A stretch of 50,210 nucleotides of DNA, from positions 20,973,709-21,023,918 of the forward strand of contig NC_068991.1 of NCBI RefSeq assembly GCF_001194135.2. Direction: 5' to 3'. Positions within the stretch are counted from its first letter, which is position 1. Each line of letters starts with the position of its first letter. The notes under the pieces were generated by a model. It saw only the letters and a list, made by a program, of their open reading frames with translations. It was not told the DNA's origin and searched no databases. Origin of the DNA: Octopus bimaculoides. Taxonomy: Eukaryota. Below, piece after piece: positions 1-27,235 of the stretch. The position numbers were made by a program, and so were the translations under genes.

Positions 1-55
<55 letters not shown>

Positions 56-65
56 ATATATATTA

Positions 66-883
66 CGAGGGTGGGTTGAAAAGTTCATACACTGACCACG
101 ATGCAATGGCCGAACTTGGCCTAACGTTTTAGTTTTCGACATAGTCTCCCCGCGGTTCACACACTTCTTCCCCTTGTGTTGCAGCGCTTGGATTCTCGTG
201 GTATAGAAGCTCTCATCCTGACCCCCCAAAATGTCCTCAACAGTAGATATGACTTCATCATCGGTCTGATACTGCTTCCCAGCCAAAGGTTTTTTTCATG
301 TTGGGGAATAGAAAATAGTCAGATGGTGCCAAATCAGGAGAATACGGAAGATGATCAACCAGTCCAAAGCCACAGTCATTCACAGCAGCCCTTGCAATCA
401 CAGATTTGTGTACAGGAGCATTGTCCTGATGAAGCAGGACCCCTTTCGTTTGATTAACATTTAAACGTTTGTCATCCATCACCATGTGGTGAACACGGTC
501 GATGTCTTTATGGGTGGTGGTTGTGGCAGGACTTACGGACCTTGAGTCTCCTACCCCTTTTGAATTTAGGGGCCCACTTTTGCGAAGTCGATAAAGCTGG
601 AGAATCATCCCCTAATGTAGAAACCACGTCAGCATGAATGTCCTTGGGGCTAACTCATTTTTCTGCAGATATTTGATAACACCGCAGCGCCAAATTTTAT
701 CCATTTTCACGAAATGTGTCTAGTAATACTTTTCCAAGTTCTCAATTCAGTATCCAATGTGGGTTTATCTTGAAAGAAAAAGTGCAGTTAGCATCAGTAA
801 AGATTGAATTTAATGCATGGTAAGTTTAATTATTGTATGCTAACTCCTTCTTCGTCATCCTATGAACTTTTCGGCCCACCTTC

Positions 884-884
<1 letters not shown>
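66..884 (-). mobile_element. Internally deleted mariner element
   Basis: TIRs cgagggtgggttgaaaagttcata and its near-inverse at 861-884, with TA on both sides. Transposase remnant LHQDNAPVH...[18 protein letters not shown]. Confidence 0.9.
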
Positions 885-925
<41 letters not shown>

Positions 926-1713
926 NNNNNNNNNNNNNNNNNNNNNNNNNNNNNNNNNNNNNNNNNNNNNNNNNNNNNNNNNNNNNNNNNNNNNNNNNNN
1001 NNNNNNNNNNNNNNNNNNNNNNNNNNNNNNNNNNNNNNNNNNNNNNNNNNNNNNNNNNNNNNNNNNNNNNNNNNNNNNNNNNNNNNNNNNNNNNNNNNNN
1101 NNNNNNNNNNNNNNNNNNNNNNNNNNNNNNNNNNNNNNNNNNNNNNNNNNNNNNNNNNNNNNNNNNNNNNNNNNNNNNNNNNNNNNNNNNNNNNNNNNNN
1201 NNNNNNNNNNNNNNNNNNNNNNNNNNNNNNNNNNNNNNNNNNNNNNNNNNNNNNNNNNNNNNNNNNNNNNNNNNNNNNNNNNNNNNNNNNNNNNNNNNNN
1301 NNNNNNNNNNNNNNNNNNNNNNNNNNNNNNNNNNNNNNNNNNNNNNNNNNNNNNNNNNNNNNNNNNNNNNNNNNNNNNNNNNNNNNNNNNNNNNNNNNNN
1401 NNNNNNNNNNNNNNNNNNNNNNNNNNNNNNNNNNNNNNNNNNNNNNNNNNNNNNNNNNNNNNNNNNNNNNNNNNNNNNNNNNNNNNNNNNNNNNNNNNNN
1501 NNNNNNNNNNNNNNNNNNNNNNNNNNNNNNNNNNNNNNNNNNNNNNNNNNNNNNNNNNNNNNNNNNNNNNNNNNNNNNNNNNNNNNNNNNNNNNNNNNNN
1601 NNNNNNNNGTGTGTATGTGTTTAACTTTTACAAGGAACATATTGACAGTGATTTCGAAATTTCAATTTACTTGGCGTCATCAGACTGTCTAATAACGGCG
1701 ATTAAGCCGAAAC

Positions 1714-1855
1714 TGTGTGTGGTAAGAAGCTTGCTTCCCAACCACATGGCTCAGGGTTCAATCCAGTTGCGTGACACCTTGTCTTCTAGCCTCGGGTCGA
1801 CCAAAGCCTTGTGAGTGGATTCAGTAGACGGAAACTGAAAGAAGACCGTTGATAT
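1714..1855 (+). mobile_element. tRNA-derived SINE fragment (octopus-type)
   Basis: B-box-like gggttcaatcc followed by a body I recall as a common octopus SINE; ends in (TA)n. Confidence 0.5.
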
Positions 1856-2959
1856 ATATACATATGACTGTTCCATAACGGAACTTTCCGTTTTGTAGAG
1901 AGAAAAATAGCTAGACGGAGGAAAATTCTTCATTTATATAGAAGATCCAAAAATATAATTGCAGAAGACAAAAAGGGAAACAAACACTTAATCCAGCGAG
2001 AAAAGTATTGAAAATAGCCGTTAACAGATATGGATGTATAAACGCCCTCGAGCAAGCAGCATGGCACGAGTACACATGCTCATACAAGCATTAGCAAAAA
2101 TGTGAGCATACGCACACGCGAGGTTAGGCGCACTTATAATTACTAAGCGAGTTAGATAAATAGATCGAACAGCAACGTGCACTGAAGTGCTTTGCTCTAG
2201 AACACAATGCCGGTCTGGGAATCGAACCCACGATCTCGCAATCGTGATTGCAACACCCTAACCACTAAGCCATGCTCCNNNNNNNNNNNNNNNNNNNNNN
2301 NNNNNNNNNNNNNNNNNNNNNNNNNNNNNNNNNNNNNNNNNNNNNNNNNNNNNNNNNNNNNNNNNNNNNNNNNNNNNNNNNNNNNNNNNNNNNNNNNNNN
2401 NNNNNNNNNNNNNNNNNNNNNNNNNNNNNNNNNNNNNNNNNNNNNNNNNNNNNNNNNNNNNNNNNNNNNNNNNNNNNNNNNNNNNNNNNNNNNNNNNNNN
2501 NNNNNNNNNNNNNNNNNNNNNNNNNNNNNNNNNNNNNNNNNNNNNNNNNNNNNNNNNNNNNNNNNNNNNNNNNNNNNNNNNNNNNNNNNNNNNNNNNNNN
2601 NNNNNNNNNNNNNNNNNNNNNNNNNNNNNNNNNNNNNNNNNNNNNNNNNNNNNNNNNNNNNNNNNNNNNNNNNNNNNNNNNNNNNNNNNNNNNNNNNNNN
2701 NNNNNNNNNNNNNNNNNNNNNNNNNNNNNNNNAATAGGGTATTGAAATGTGCATAGGTTTGGCTTATTGTGGTTGTTTCTGTTATTATAATTGTTGCTGC
2801 AATAAAGTATCTTCAATGCATTGATTTTGAGCTCTATCCTTTAAGAGACATGTATACATATATATATACAAAAACTCACCTGTGAGTTTTTGGCTAAGAC
2901 TGTTAACAGATACTATATATTTTGTAAAATTTGTTTTATAAAAGTATATATTTAATATA

Positions 2960-3590
2960 TATATATATATATATATATTGAGAGGAAACTTGAGCCATTC
3001 TTCCTGCAAAACCTGCTCCACCTGTTGCAGATACAACAGTGGAGAGTAACGATTTCTAACTTGTCACTCCAAGATGCACCGCAGATGCTCAGTAATATTA
3101 AGATCTGAGGTGGGGGCCACTCTATATTTTGTAGCTCACTGCTATGCTCTTCATACCAACTCATAACCACACGAGAGGTGTGTATTGGAGCATAAGCTGC
3201 ACTCACCATCAGGGAATAATGTCTGGACCATGAGAAGGACTTGATTTCCCAAAATATTCAGATAATCATTACATTTGATCCTACCATGCAGGGCAACGAT
3301 GGGGCCAAGAGAATTCCAAGAAATGGCTGTCCAAACCATCACAGATTCTCTTCAATCTACACTGTCGGAAGAAAGCAGTCAGGATTAAAAGCTTCCCTGG
3401 GCTGCCTCTACATATAAACACGCCCTGCAGTGGGGAAAAGAGAAAAACTGGACTCGTCGGAGAATACTACTTGCTTCCATTGGTCTGTCAACCTGCCCCT
3501 GTGATCTCTGCACCAGTTCAGCTTTTTCTCAATGTTTTGATGAGAAAGCATAGGTTTCCTGATGGCACTTTTAAATGCGCTGCCGACAAT
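2960..3590 (-). mobile_element. Tc1-like transposase remnant
   Basis: Minus-strand fragments SDESSFSLFPTAGRVY, VMVWTAISWNSLGPIVALHGRIKCNDYLNIL and APIHTSRVVMSWYEEH...IEWPP; contains stops and frameshifts. Confidence 0.8.
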
Positions 3591-3658
3591 GCAATACCTG
3601 CACCTAAATTAACAATACTATCTTCACTGGCCCTAAGACATAATATCATATTTCTAAG

Positions 3659-3969
3659 AACTTCTGTTGCACACCGTCTAACTTTATATACTTCATTATA
3701 TGCAAACATTGAGCTGCCCTTTACACAGGGGAAATCGGGCAACGATTTGCTGATCGCTTTTGGGAGCATATTCGAACATACTACTACATATGCCTAACCA
3801 ACCTGTCATCATCCTGTTCACCACCACAGACCTTTTCGTCGCTCACTTATCAGTGCGCAGCATTGTCCCACACGATGGCTCAACTTTCTCAAGTAAACGG
3901 AGAGAACGACATTCCATATTCAAACTTGGCACCATGTCCCCGACAGCATTAAATGAACGTTTTTCCTTC
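3659..3969 (+). mobile_element. Penelope-like element GIY-YIG remnant
   Basis: NFCCTPSNFIYFIICKH*AALYTGEIGQRFADRFWEH, then ERHSIFKLGTMSPTALNERFSF, which resemble the PLE endonuclease C-terminus. Confidence 0.75.
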
Positions 3970-4546
3970 GATTCCTACATCAGTTCTCAATTCCTTAAAT
4001 CCTTTTTTATCCTTCAACTCCCTTCTCCCTTCATCTTTTCCTTTCATCTCACTCTCGACTTTGCCTGCTTCTCCTCATTCCATTACACTGTTCCTCCTAC
4101 CACTTCTTGTTTACGTATGAAGTTCACGTGCGTTCCTTTTCATTTGCAGTCAAATTTTAACATACCTATCAATCTATCTGCGTTCAAGCCCGGAGTCAGA
4201 CAGGCTATTGAATGGTTCAACTATTATTTTAAAATTTTAAACATTTCTTGATTTCCGTCGATGTATAAAATATTATAGCAAGTAGCATAAAATTCTAGTA
4301 ACTAAAAATCATAAAGTTCTTAAGTAGAATAGAAAATCTGAGCAACTTTCAGCATCTTGCTATATGAAAGTATACATTAAGAGTAGTAGAATTTGGTAGA
4401 TTGTTATTTCATTGTTTATTGTACAGCGCTGAATAGAGCAGATGTCAGAAATGAGATGAAAATCGCCGACCTACCTCAACCAGCTTACCAAACATAATGT
4501 TATGTCTCTCTTTTGTTATCTTATCTCTTATTTTGTATATTTCTAG

Positions 4547-18632
<14,086 letters not shown>

Positions 18633-18989
18633 TGGAAGAAGAAAAAAAAGGTTTCAATCACGTTTTTACTCATGAGGATCTGGATTTATTCTTGGGTTAA
18701 AGATTTCTTATCTAGGTACAGCGCCAGTTATTTGGAGACGAATTTTGAATCAATCAAAGGAATCTTAGCAATAGACTGATATTTTGTCTCATCGTTCTCA
18801 GAAATAGGAAAAACAACATTGATCTCGATAGGTTTTGAACTCAGAACGCAAAGCACTAAAAAGAAAAAAAGTACTGCATGGGATCTATGCCTGAGGCTGT
18901 AAAGAATCTACTAATCCACCATCTTTCTTCCGTAAGTAATCGTTTTAAACTTAAAGACATAATTTGAAAATTGGGGGCATGAATTAGCC

Positions 18990-19905
18990 AATTAAATCTA
19001 TACCTGTACTTTACTAGTACATTATTTTATCGACTTTGGTAAAGCAAAGTTAACGTAGGTAGTATTAACTCAAATCGTAAACACAACAAATAAATAGTCC
19101 AATGCATTTGTTTCAAATTATTGCACAAGAGCAATGGTATTTAGAAGTTGATTACAGTGACCTCAGTACTTGGCTGGTACTTGATTTTATCGACCCCAAA
19201 AGGACGAAAGGCAAAGTTGACCTCGGTGGGATTTGAAGTCGGGACATAAAGAGATAGGACGAGTGCCTAGAGGCACTTTGTCCAACGCACTAACGATTCT
19301 GCCAGCTGGCTACCTTACCTTTATTCTATAAATGTTAAAAATTTTGGCACAAGGCCAGTACTGGTACTTTATTATATTTAAACTCAGATTGTAAAGAGCT
19401 GGAAGAAATTTTGCTCAGCATTTTGTTCGGCGCTGTAATGATTTTGCCATCTCGTCGCTTTATCCTTCTATATATACAATGATTTTAAATTCTGGTACAA
19501 GGCCACCAATTTCGAAGGGGGTGGGGAGCGGGGATATGTCGAGTATATTGATCTCAGTGATCAACTGGTACTTATTTCATCGTTCCCAAAAGGATGAAGG
19601 CAAAGTTGACCTCTGCAGTATTTGAACTCAGAATTGCCGCAAAGTATTTTGTCCGGCACGGTAATGATTCTGTCAACTCACCGCTTTTTGTTCTATAAAT
19701 AATCCTTTCTACTAAAGGCACAAGGCCTGACATTTTTTTTGGTGGGGGGGATATAAGTCGGTTACATCGACCCCAATGCGTAAGTGGTACTTATTTCATC
19801 GACTCCGAAAGGAAGGCAAAGTCGACCTCGGCGGAATTTGAACTCAGGACGTAAAGACAGACGAAATACTGCAAAGCATTTTGTCAGGTGTACTCGTCGC
19901 CTTTT
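18990..19905 (-). mobile_element. Cluster of 4-5 tRNA-derived SINEs with a Deu/Nin-like central domain; other copies at about 6390-6605, 13040-13190, 23222-23435, 27255-27875, 36790-36930, 40310-40830, 45180-45375 (-) and 46280-46560 (+)
   Basis: Repeated gtacttatttcatcgactccgaaagga..gcaaagtcgacctcggcggaatttgaactc. The domain assignment is from recall of the gaggtcgactttgcctttcatcc...gataaaataagtacc motif. Confidence 0.7.
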
Positions 19906-20033
19906 ATTCTAAAAATAATAAAAACGCCTCTGCGTCTTGTGTTAATTAAACTTTTATCTGTGCAAAGCGTTTTAATACATCTGTGTTAATCATCCATAAT
20001 TATTTGCAAACTTTCAGTCAGCCCTTGTTTCAT

Positions 20034-20422
20034 GTTGTTGTTGTTGCTGGCACTCCGTCGTTTACGACGTCGAGGGTTCCAGTTGATCCGATCAACGGAA
20101 CAGCCTGCTCGTGAAATTAACGTGCAAGTGGCCGAGCACTCCACAGACACGTGTACCCTTAACGTAGTTCTCGGGGATATTCAGCGTGACAGTGTAACAA
20201 GGCTGACCCTTTGAATTACAGGCACAACAGAAACAGGAAGTAAGAGTGAGAGAAAGTTGTGGTGAAAGAGTACAGCAGGGTTCGCCACCATCCCCTGCCG
20301 GAGCCTCGTGGAGCTTTAGGTGTTTTCGCTCAATAAACACTCACAACGCCCGGTCTGGGAATCGAAACCGCGGTCCTATGACAGCGAGTCGGCTGCCCTA
20401 ACCACTGGGCCATTGCACCTCC
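20034..20422 (-). mobile_element. Full-length OK-like SINE
   Basis: 13-bp TSD gcccttgtttcat at 20021-20033 and 20423-20435; (CAA)n tail. Confidence 0.92.
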
Positions 20423-21289
20423 GCCCTTGTTTCATATCCTGAGTAATATAAAACTTTTCTTTCATAAGTTCGTAGTTACATTGGTTATTAAAAAAATGGG
20501 TATGTTTATCATATATGATACACGGGTGCCAGGGAAATATGCCCAGTGCATCACACGATACATAGGACAGGCAAAGGGTTAGTGGTAACGAGGGAGGAAA
20601 CTGGCAATATCGATTGAACAAAAGTCAATGTACTCTGCAGTATTAAGTTACGTCATTATATGATTTAAGTTCAAATCTCATCATGGTTGATCTTGCCTTT
20701 TTATCATCCTCTATTGAAGAAGATAAAACAAAGTACCAGCCAAGTTAATATAAACTATTATGCAATTTCAAATCCCATCCACATTCGTGACCTTGTTCCG
20801 TCCATGCTTGCAACCCTTATGATCAAAATGGTGGGACATGGAGTTATCAGAAATAGTAGAGCAGGAAACTAAAGGCATATTTCATTACACCCGTTTATGT
20901 TTAAGATCAAATCTCGCTTTTTATCTCCCTTGTATAAACGAAAAGTAGGGTAATGTACAGAAGTCATATTAATCGACAGTTTGCTCTATCACACAAATCT
21001 ATTGTCGTCTGTCAATGATTAAAATAAATACAGTAATACCTCACTTTAAGAGGACACGCTTTACGTGACTCTGGGTTCAAGAGTTTTATTTTTCAAACAT
21101 AAGTAAACGAACTGCAAAAGTTTCTGCTACCACAACAAACGCTTCTACGTGTTACCGAGAAGTTTATAAAATGCTTCTTCTAAGGAAATAACTCTCTAAG
21201 TCCGTCTACGATTGCTTGTGAATCAGCGATTGCATCTACAAGTGATGGTGTGCAAGAGTTTAGTGCGTGTGTAAGTGATTCAGAAAACG

Positions 21290-21344
<55 letters not shown>

Positions 21345-21951
21345 TAATAATAACAATAATAACATTTTTTATCATAAATGATCTTAACATTCATTGTTCT
21401 TAACATGAAATATTCTTTACATTTTACTATTGTTTTATTGCCATCCATTTACGAATATTATAAATTTTATAGACAAAATATTTTTCTGGGACGAATTAGG
21501 ATTTATAACATTGCTACTATGGGAAATTATTGCTCTGTTTTACGAGCTTTCGCTTTACGAGCGATCTCATGGGAACATTAACTCGTATACCAAGGCATTA
21601 GTGTATGGTTATCATTGGTGCTACTATCCAGAAGAGTTTCCTTTGAATTATAACATTTCCATCACATCTTGGTTTAAATCTTCACAGTATTTTAATGTAT
21701 TTGTTTTCACATTATTGTCACAAAATATTAATGTTATTCAGAATAAATCGAATTACAACAAATTATCTTTTACTTGTTTTACTCATTGCACTACGGCCAT
21801 ATTGGATACCGTCTTGAAGTGTTTGGGCGAAGAAATCGACTCCAGTTTTAATTTCCCTTAAAGCCTGGTACTTATTCTATCGGTCTCTTTCGTCAAATCG
21901 CTAACTTACGGAAACGTAAAGAAACAAACACCGGGTTTCAAGCGGTAGTGT

Positions 21952-21999
<48 letters not shown>

Positions 22000-22489
22000 N
22001 NNNNNNNNNNNNNNNNNNNNNNNNNNNNNNNNNNNNNNNNNNNNNNNNNNNNNNNNNNNNNNNNNNNNNNNNNNNNNNNNNNNNNNNNNNNNNNNNNNNN
22101 NNNNNNNNNNNNNNNNNNNNNNNNNNNNNNNNNNNNNNNNNNNNNNNNNNNNNNNNNNNNNNNNNNNNNNNNNNNNNNNNNNNNNNNNNNNNNNNNNNNN
22201 NNNNNNNNNNNNNNNNNNNNNNNNNNNNNNNNNNNNNNNNNNNNNNNNNNNNNNNNNNNNNNNNNNNNNNNNNNNNNNNNNNNNNNNNNNNNNNNNNNNN
22301 NNNNNNNNNNNNNNNNNNNNNNNNNNNNNNNNNNNNNNNNNNNNNNNNNNNNNNNNNNNNNNNNNNNNNNNNNNNNNNNNNNNNNNNNNNNNNNNNNNNN
22401 NNNNNNNNNNNNNNNNNNNNNNNNNNNNNNNNNNNNNNNNNNNNNNNNNNNNNNNNNNNNNNNNNNNNNNNNNNNNAAAGTGGACCTGA

Positions 22490-23195
22490 TTAGACCTTAA
22501 AATGGGTACCTACAGCAGACTGGCTTTCTAAGTAACGTTATATATACATTCTACAAAAATGTGCCAGTCACGAAGGAGGCGGGACCACATCTTAACTGGA
22601 TGCACAGCGTTTGCAAAACCGAATATACTCATAGACACGGTAGAGTAGCGCAATATATCTATTGGAAGATATGTAAACACTACCAGCTTCCAACTTCAGA
22701 AAGATGGTACCAGAATAAACCTGAAACTGTCACCGGAAAAGATGACGTAACAGTACTCTGGGACATGCCAATCAACACCGATAAAGAAATCAAGGCAAAC
22801 AGGCCGGACATAATCATCAAAGATGGGAAGAATTTTAAAAAAACGCTTAATGATAGATGTGACAGTACCATCAGAGAGAAATGTGTCCATTAAAGAAGTT
22901 GAGAAGTTATTTAAGTACAAAGACCTAGAAATAGAAGTGACCAAGATGTGGGGAATGAAAAGCAGCACAGCACCAGTGGTGATTGGAGTGTTAGGGCTAA
23001 TTAAAAAGGGCCTTGATAAGCAGCTCAACAAACTCCCTTGCAGTGTTAACGTGGGAGAACTTCAGAAAATAGTGTTGCTAGGTTCCACACACATTTTACG
23101 CCGTGTACTCTCCATGCGATGAGGACCTGCTGTGACCCTATGGTCAAGGGATGACCCCGGTTCAGCAGAAGACAACAGACCATATCTTATTTTAA
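22490..23195 (+). mobile_element. R4/Dong-like non-LTR retrotransposon 3' fragment (restriction-like endonuclease)
   Basis: RHGRVAQYIYWKIC, VLWDMPINTDKEIKANRPDIIIKD, MIDVTVP...EKLFKYKDLEIEV and LQKIVLLGSTHILRRVL; followed by (TAA)n. Confidence 0.85.
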
Positions 23196-23226
<31 letters not shown>

Positions 23227-23444
23227 TCTACTACAGACACAAGGGCTGAAATTTCGGGGAGGAGGTAGGTCGATTACATCGATCCCAGTGTTTCACTAGT
23301 ACTTAATTTATCGATCCCGAAAGGATGAAAGACGAAGTCGACCTCGGCGGAATTTGAACTCAGAACGTAGCGACAGACGAAATACCGCTAAGCATTTCGC
23401 CCAGCGTGCTAATGATTCAGCTAGCTCGCCGCCTTAATAATAAT

Positions 23445-24104
23445 GTTTTCTTTATTGGCCACATGGGCCTTCATAGAACACACAGGGACGCAAATACAAA
23501 GGTACAAAGGGCGGGGTTTACCGTGTAAACATATAAAACAATAACAAAAACTGAACAAGATTAAACAATTACAATTCCTCAAATAGACTTCCAAGGGAAA
23601 ACCGTACAAATGCCACAGAAAATCACGGTTTCCCTGACCACTTAGGCAAGTTCTTCCTCTCTTTCTTATTCCACTCAGAAGTGCATGCTCNNNNNNNNNN
23701 NNNNNNNNNNNNNNNNNNNNNNNNNNNNNNNNNNNNNNNNNNNNNNNNNNNNNNNNNNNNNNNNNNNNNNNNNNNNNNNNNNNNNNNNNNNNNNNNNNNN
23801 NNNNNNNNNNNNNNNNNNNNNNNNNNNNNNNNNNNNNNNNNNNNNNNNNNNNNNNNNNNNNNNNNNNNCTTCAGCCCTTTTAGTCTTGTCCATCGCACAG
23901 CCTCTTTCGCTATGGCCACCGGGCATATGAAAACTACCCAGCCTTCCCAACCAAAGGAAGAGGGCGAAGCAATCTTAACAATAGACTCGGTTGATAGCCA
24001 AATTCGAGCGACAAACGACAGCAAGTGCTCGACATAAACCCACACGTCAGAAATTGTATGGCACTAAACGAGTGCGAGCAGAACGGTTTCATCGCTCTGC
24101 GCCC
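23445..24104 (-). mobile_element. 5'-truncated L1/Tx1-like LINE fragment
   Basis: VEHLLSFVARIWLSTESIVKI...AKEAVRWTRLKGL (family assignment from recall); 16-bp TSD ccgccttaataataat at 23429-23444 and 24105-24120. Confidence 0.65.
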
Positions 24105-24109
24105 CCGCC

Positions 24110-24175
<66 letters not shown>

Positions 24176-25069
24176 GATGCCCAGATGCAATACCAGGAAG
24201 TGGCTCTCTTGGCTTCTGATCTTAATTGATTGGAAGTGTCATCATTTACATGTTTTGTCTTAATGGGCTTCAGTAAGCATTCTGCTCAATACCACAGTTT
24301 TGCTTGTTGGTTGCTTGACCTTAATCAGTTGAGCGTGTCCCTTAGTGATTGATGATATGTGCATTTCTGATCACAAGCAGTAGTGGGGAAGCATCATAGC
24401 CATGTGTTGAGAGGAATTCTGTGGGGTTTGAATAATGCACCTCTCTGGAAACATAGGTGTTTCATTCATAATCCGCAAACAACCCTTATTCAGGGATCTT
24501 TTGAGCGAGGTTTGCTATTTGACCTGAAGAAATTTTTAACTGGGCCTCACTAGCAAGGTCATAGTCTGTTTATCTTTATTATGAGATCACCACTTCGTGC
24601 ACGTATGGTTGTGATGTATGTACCTGGTGTACGGTTTTCCGACGAGTAGTCATGATGGGTTATTAAGCTTCGTATATTTTTACCCCAGTGTCACTTTGAT
24701 GGCATGTGTTGCTCTCTCACTCAATAGGAGGTAGAGGAGACCCACGTCGGTTATGTATAACCATAGGATTGCACCTAGAAAGTTATCCTCCGAGGCAAAA
24801 GTCCTGGCAAGGTTGTTTGTGGAAGGCCAGCAATCGCCCATGCATACCAGCCTCCTCTCTCCTCGCCGCTGATGTTATCGAGGGAAAAGTAAAAGCCGAT
24901 ACAACTTGGCACCAGTGATGTCGCAACTCATTCCTACAGCTGAGTTAACTGGAGCAACGTGAAATAAAGTGTCTTCCTCAAGAACACATCACACAGCCCG
25001 GTCCGGGAATCACAACCTCACGATCGTAAGCTCGACGCTCTAACCACTGAGTCATGCGTCTTCTCACTC

Positions 25070-25122
<53 letters not shown>

Positions 25123-25124
<2 letters not shown>

Positions 25125-27235
25125 GAGCTGCTAGCGTTACAGCTGGGTATATGGAAGGCAAAAGGCCAAATGAAGTTAAAAACCAGAGAAAAGAACAAAA
25201 GTTATCTGACAGTCAAGAGGAGGCTTTGCATAGTAGATACCCAAAGATAGTTGCAGGAAATAGTAATGAGACATAGTTATGGTTGTAAAAAGGAAGATTA
25301 AAAAAAGAGACAGAAAGTTTGTTAATAGCAGCACAGGATCAAATATTAAGGATTAATTCGAGAAAAGCCGAGATAGACAAAAACCAAGTAGATTCCCAAT
25401 GTAGTTTTATGCAAACTGAAAGAGGTAAGTGTTACCATATAGTAAATTAATGTAGCTTTCTGCCACAGACAGAATATAAAAAAAAGACATGAAAACCTAA
25501 GGAGAGTAATCCACTGGAAGCTATGTAGAAAACAAGAACTTGACTATACTGACAAATGGCATGAACATGAACCTAGTAAAGTACTAGAAGGTAAGTAATA
25601 GAAGCTATCAGGTCATAAAGAATGAAATGTACGATTTTGAACTGAAAGTTTATTTTACTTTATCTCAACAAAAAAGCAATGCAGTTAATCAAAGCATGCA
25701 CGTAAATTTTGCCATTTTACCTGTTGCATATTTATGCCGACAGCGAAGAATCCTGGAGAGCAAGAGGTGATGAAATCACGAAAGGCTGTTTTTGCATCTT
25801 CAGATTTGAAGTTTTTTCCTTGTAAAATGTTGTCTAATACCTGAAAAATGTGATGGTCAGTTGATGTAAGTTTTGGTGAATATAGTAGATGACAGAGCAC
25901 TTCCAAGTTCAGTTTCTGTAACTTGAGTAGCGTTCTTCGGGCAACATTTGTTCGAGCATTGTCATGCAAGAGAATTGGCCTGTTTCTATTAACCAATCTC
26001 AGTTGTTTAATTTCAAGTTCACTCATCAATTCATCCAGTTGGTTGATGTATACATCAGCTGTAATTCAGTTAACAGGTCTCATGAAGCTGTAGTAGATGA
26101 CATCAGCACTGGACCACTAAACAGACACCATTAGCTTTTTTTTTTTGGTGAATATTGTTTTTTGGATTGTGTTTTGGCACTTCGTTCTATCGAACCACCG
26201 TGTAGAACGCTTGCTATTGTGGAAATGAATTCAGTTTTCATCACACGTAACAGTACGATGCAAAAATGGTTACTTTTATGCCGTGACAGCAAAGAACAGC
26301 AAGCTTCAAGACATGTCATTTGATGCTTGTTCAGTTCGTGTGGTGCCCACTTGTCCAGCTTCTTGACCTTGCCGATTTGTTTCAGGTGGTCCAATACAGT
26401 TGGAATCGAAACATCAAACCTTGCTGCTAACTCACGCGTAGTTTGAGATGTATCTGCTTCCACTACAGTTTCCAGCAGATCATTATACATCTTGGTCTCA
26501 GGTCAACCACGGAGCTGATTTTCAAGAGTAAAGTCACCAGACCGTAACTTCTGAATGCATCAACGTACAGAGAACTCATTCGCGTTTATCTTTACCAAAC
26601 ACTTAATTGATGTTTCGAGTTGTCTGGGATGCATTGGTTCCACGATAGAACTCATATTCATAAACAACACAAATTTTTTTAATCTATCCATGGGTTCACA
26701 ATATAATCAGATACCATAAATTGCATTTCGAAAAGTAATGATGTAACTCTTCAATGTTGTAAAACAAAGAATTGTCAGGATAAAACATTAAAGTTAGCGA
26801 CTGTCAAACTTGGTCTATAAGAAAATCGGACATTTAATTCTTAATGACCTGAGAGAAGGCCTGATTTAGTAGTAGTTGATAGAGAGAATAGAAAGTTCCA
26901 TATAATGGACTTTATAGTGCCAATTGAAGAGAAAATCAATATTAGAGGTATAGAGAAAACATCAAAGTACTAGGCCCTAGCCATTGACTTAAAGAGACAA
27001 TGGAAAGTGCGAGTAAAATGTATACCCGGAGTTATATGTGCACTAGGAACTATTCCAAAAGATTTGAATAGAGGGATAGAGGAAATAGGCATAAAACCCA
27101 ATTTAGCTCCAGAAAATAGTGTTATTAGGGACAGCTGGGATACTTAGGTGGGTTCTTGGCATTTAAGGTTACTTGTTGTAGCCTGATGTGAAGAATTTTT
27201 CTTCTCTAACAGTCTAACCTGTTGAGCGTATATGA
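25123..27235 (+). mobile_element. Second R4/Dong-like LINE fragment, interrupted by a mariner
   Basis: ETESLLIAAQDQILR...HWKLCRK...KWHEHEPSKVLE before the insertion; RRPDLVVVDRENRKFHIMDFIVP...VLLGTAGILRWVLGI* after it; (TAA)n on both sides. Confidence 0.85.
25608..26852 (-). mobile_element. Near full-length degenerate mariner (Hsmar1/cecropia-like)
   Basis: 30-bp TIRs match 27/30; fragments TTRELAARFDVSIPTVLDHLKQIGKVKKLDKWAPHEL and LLHDNAR...YSPKL. Confidence 0.9.

Noticed and set aside
750-825. Possible upstream exon of gene A ending atg|GTAAGT
   Set aside because: It lies inside the mariner, and the translation has no SLC22 TM5-6 character.
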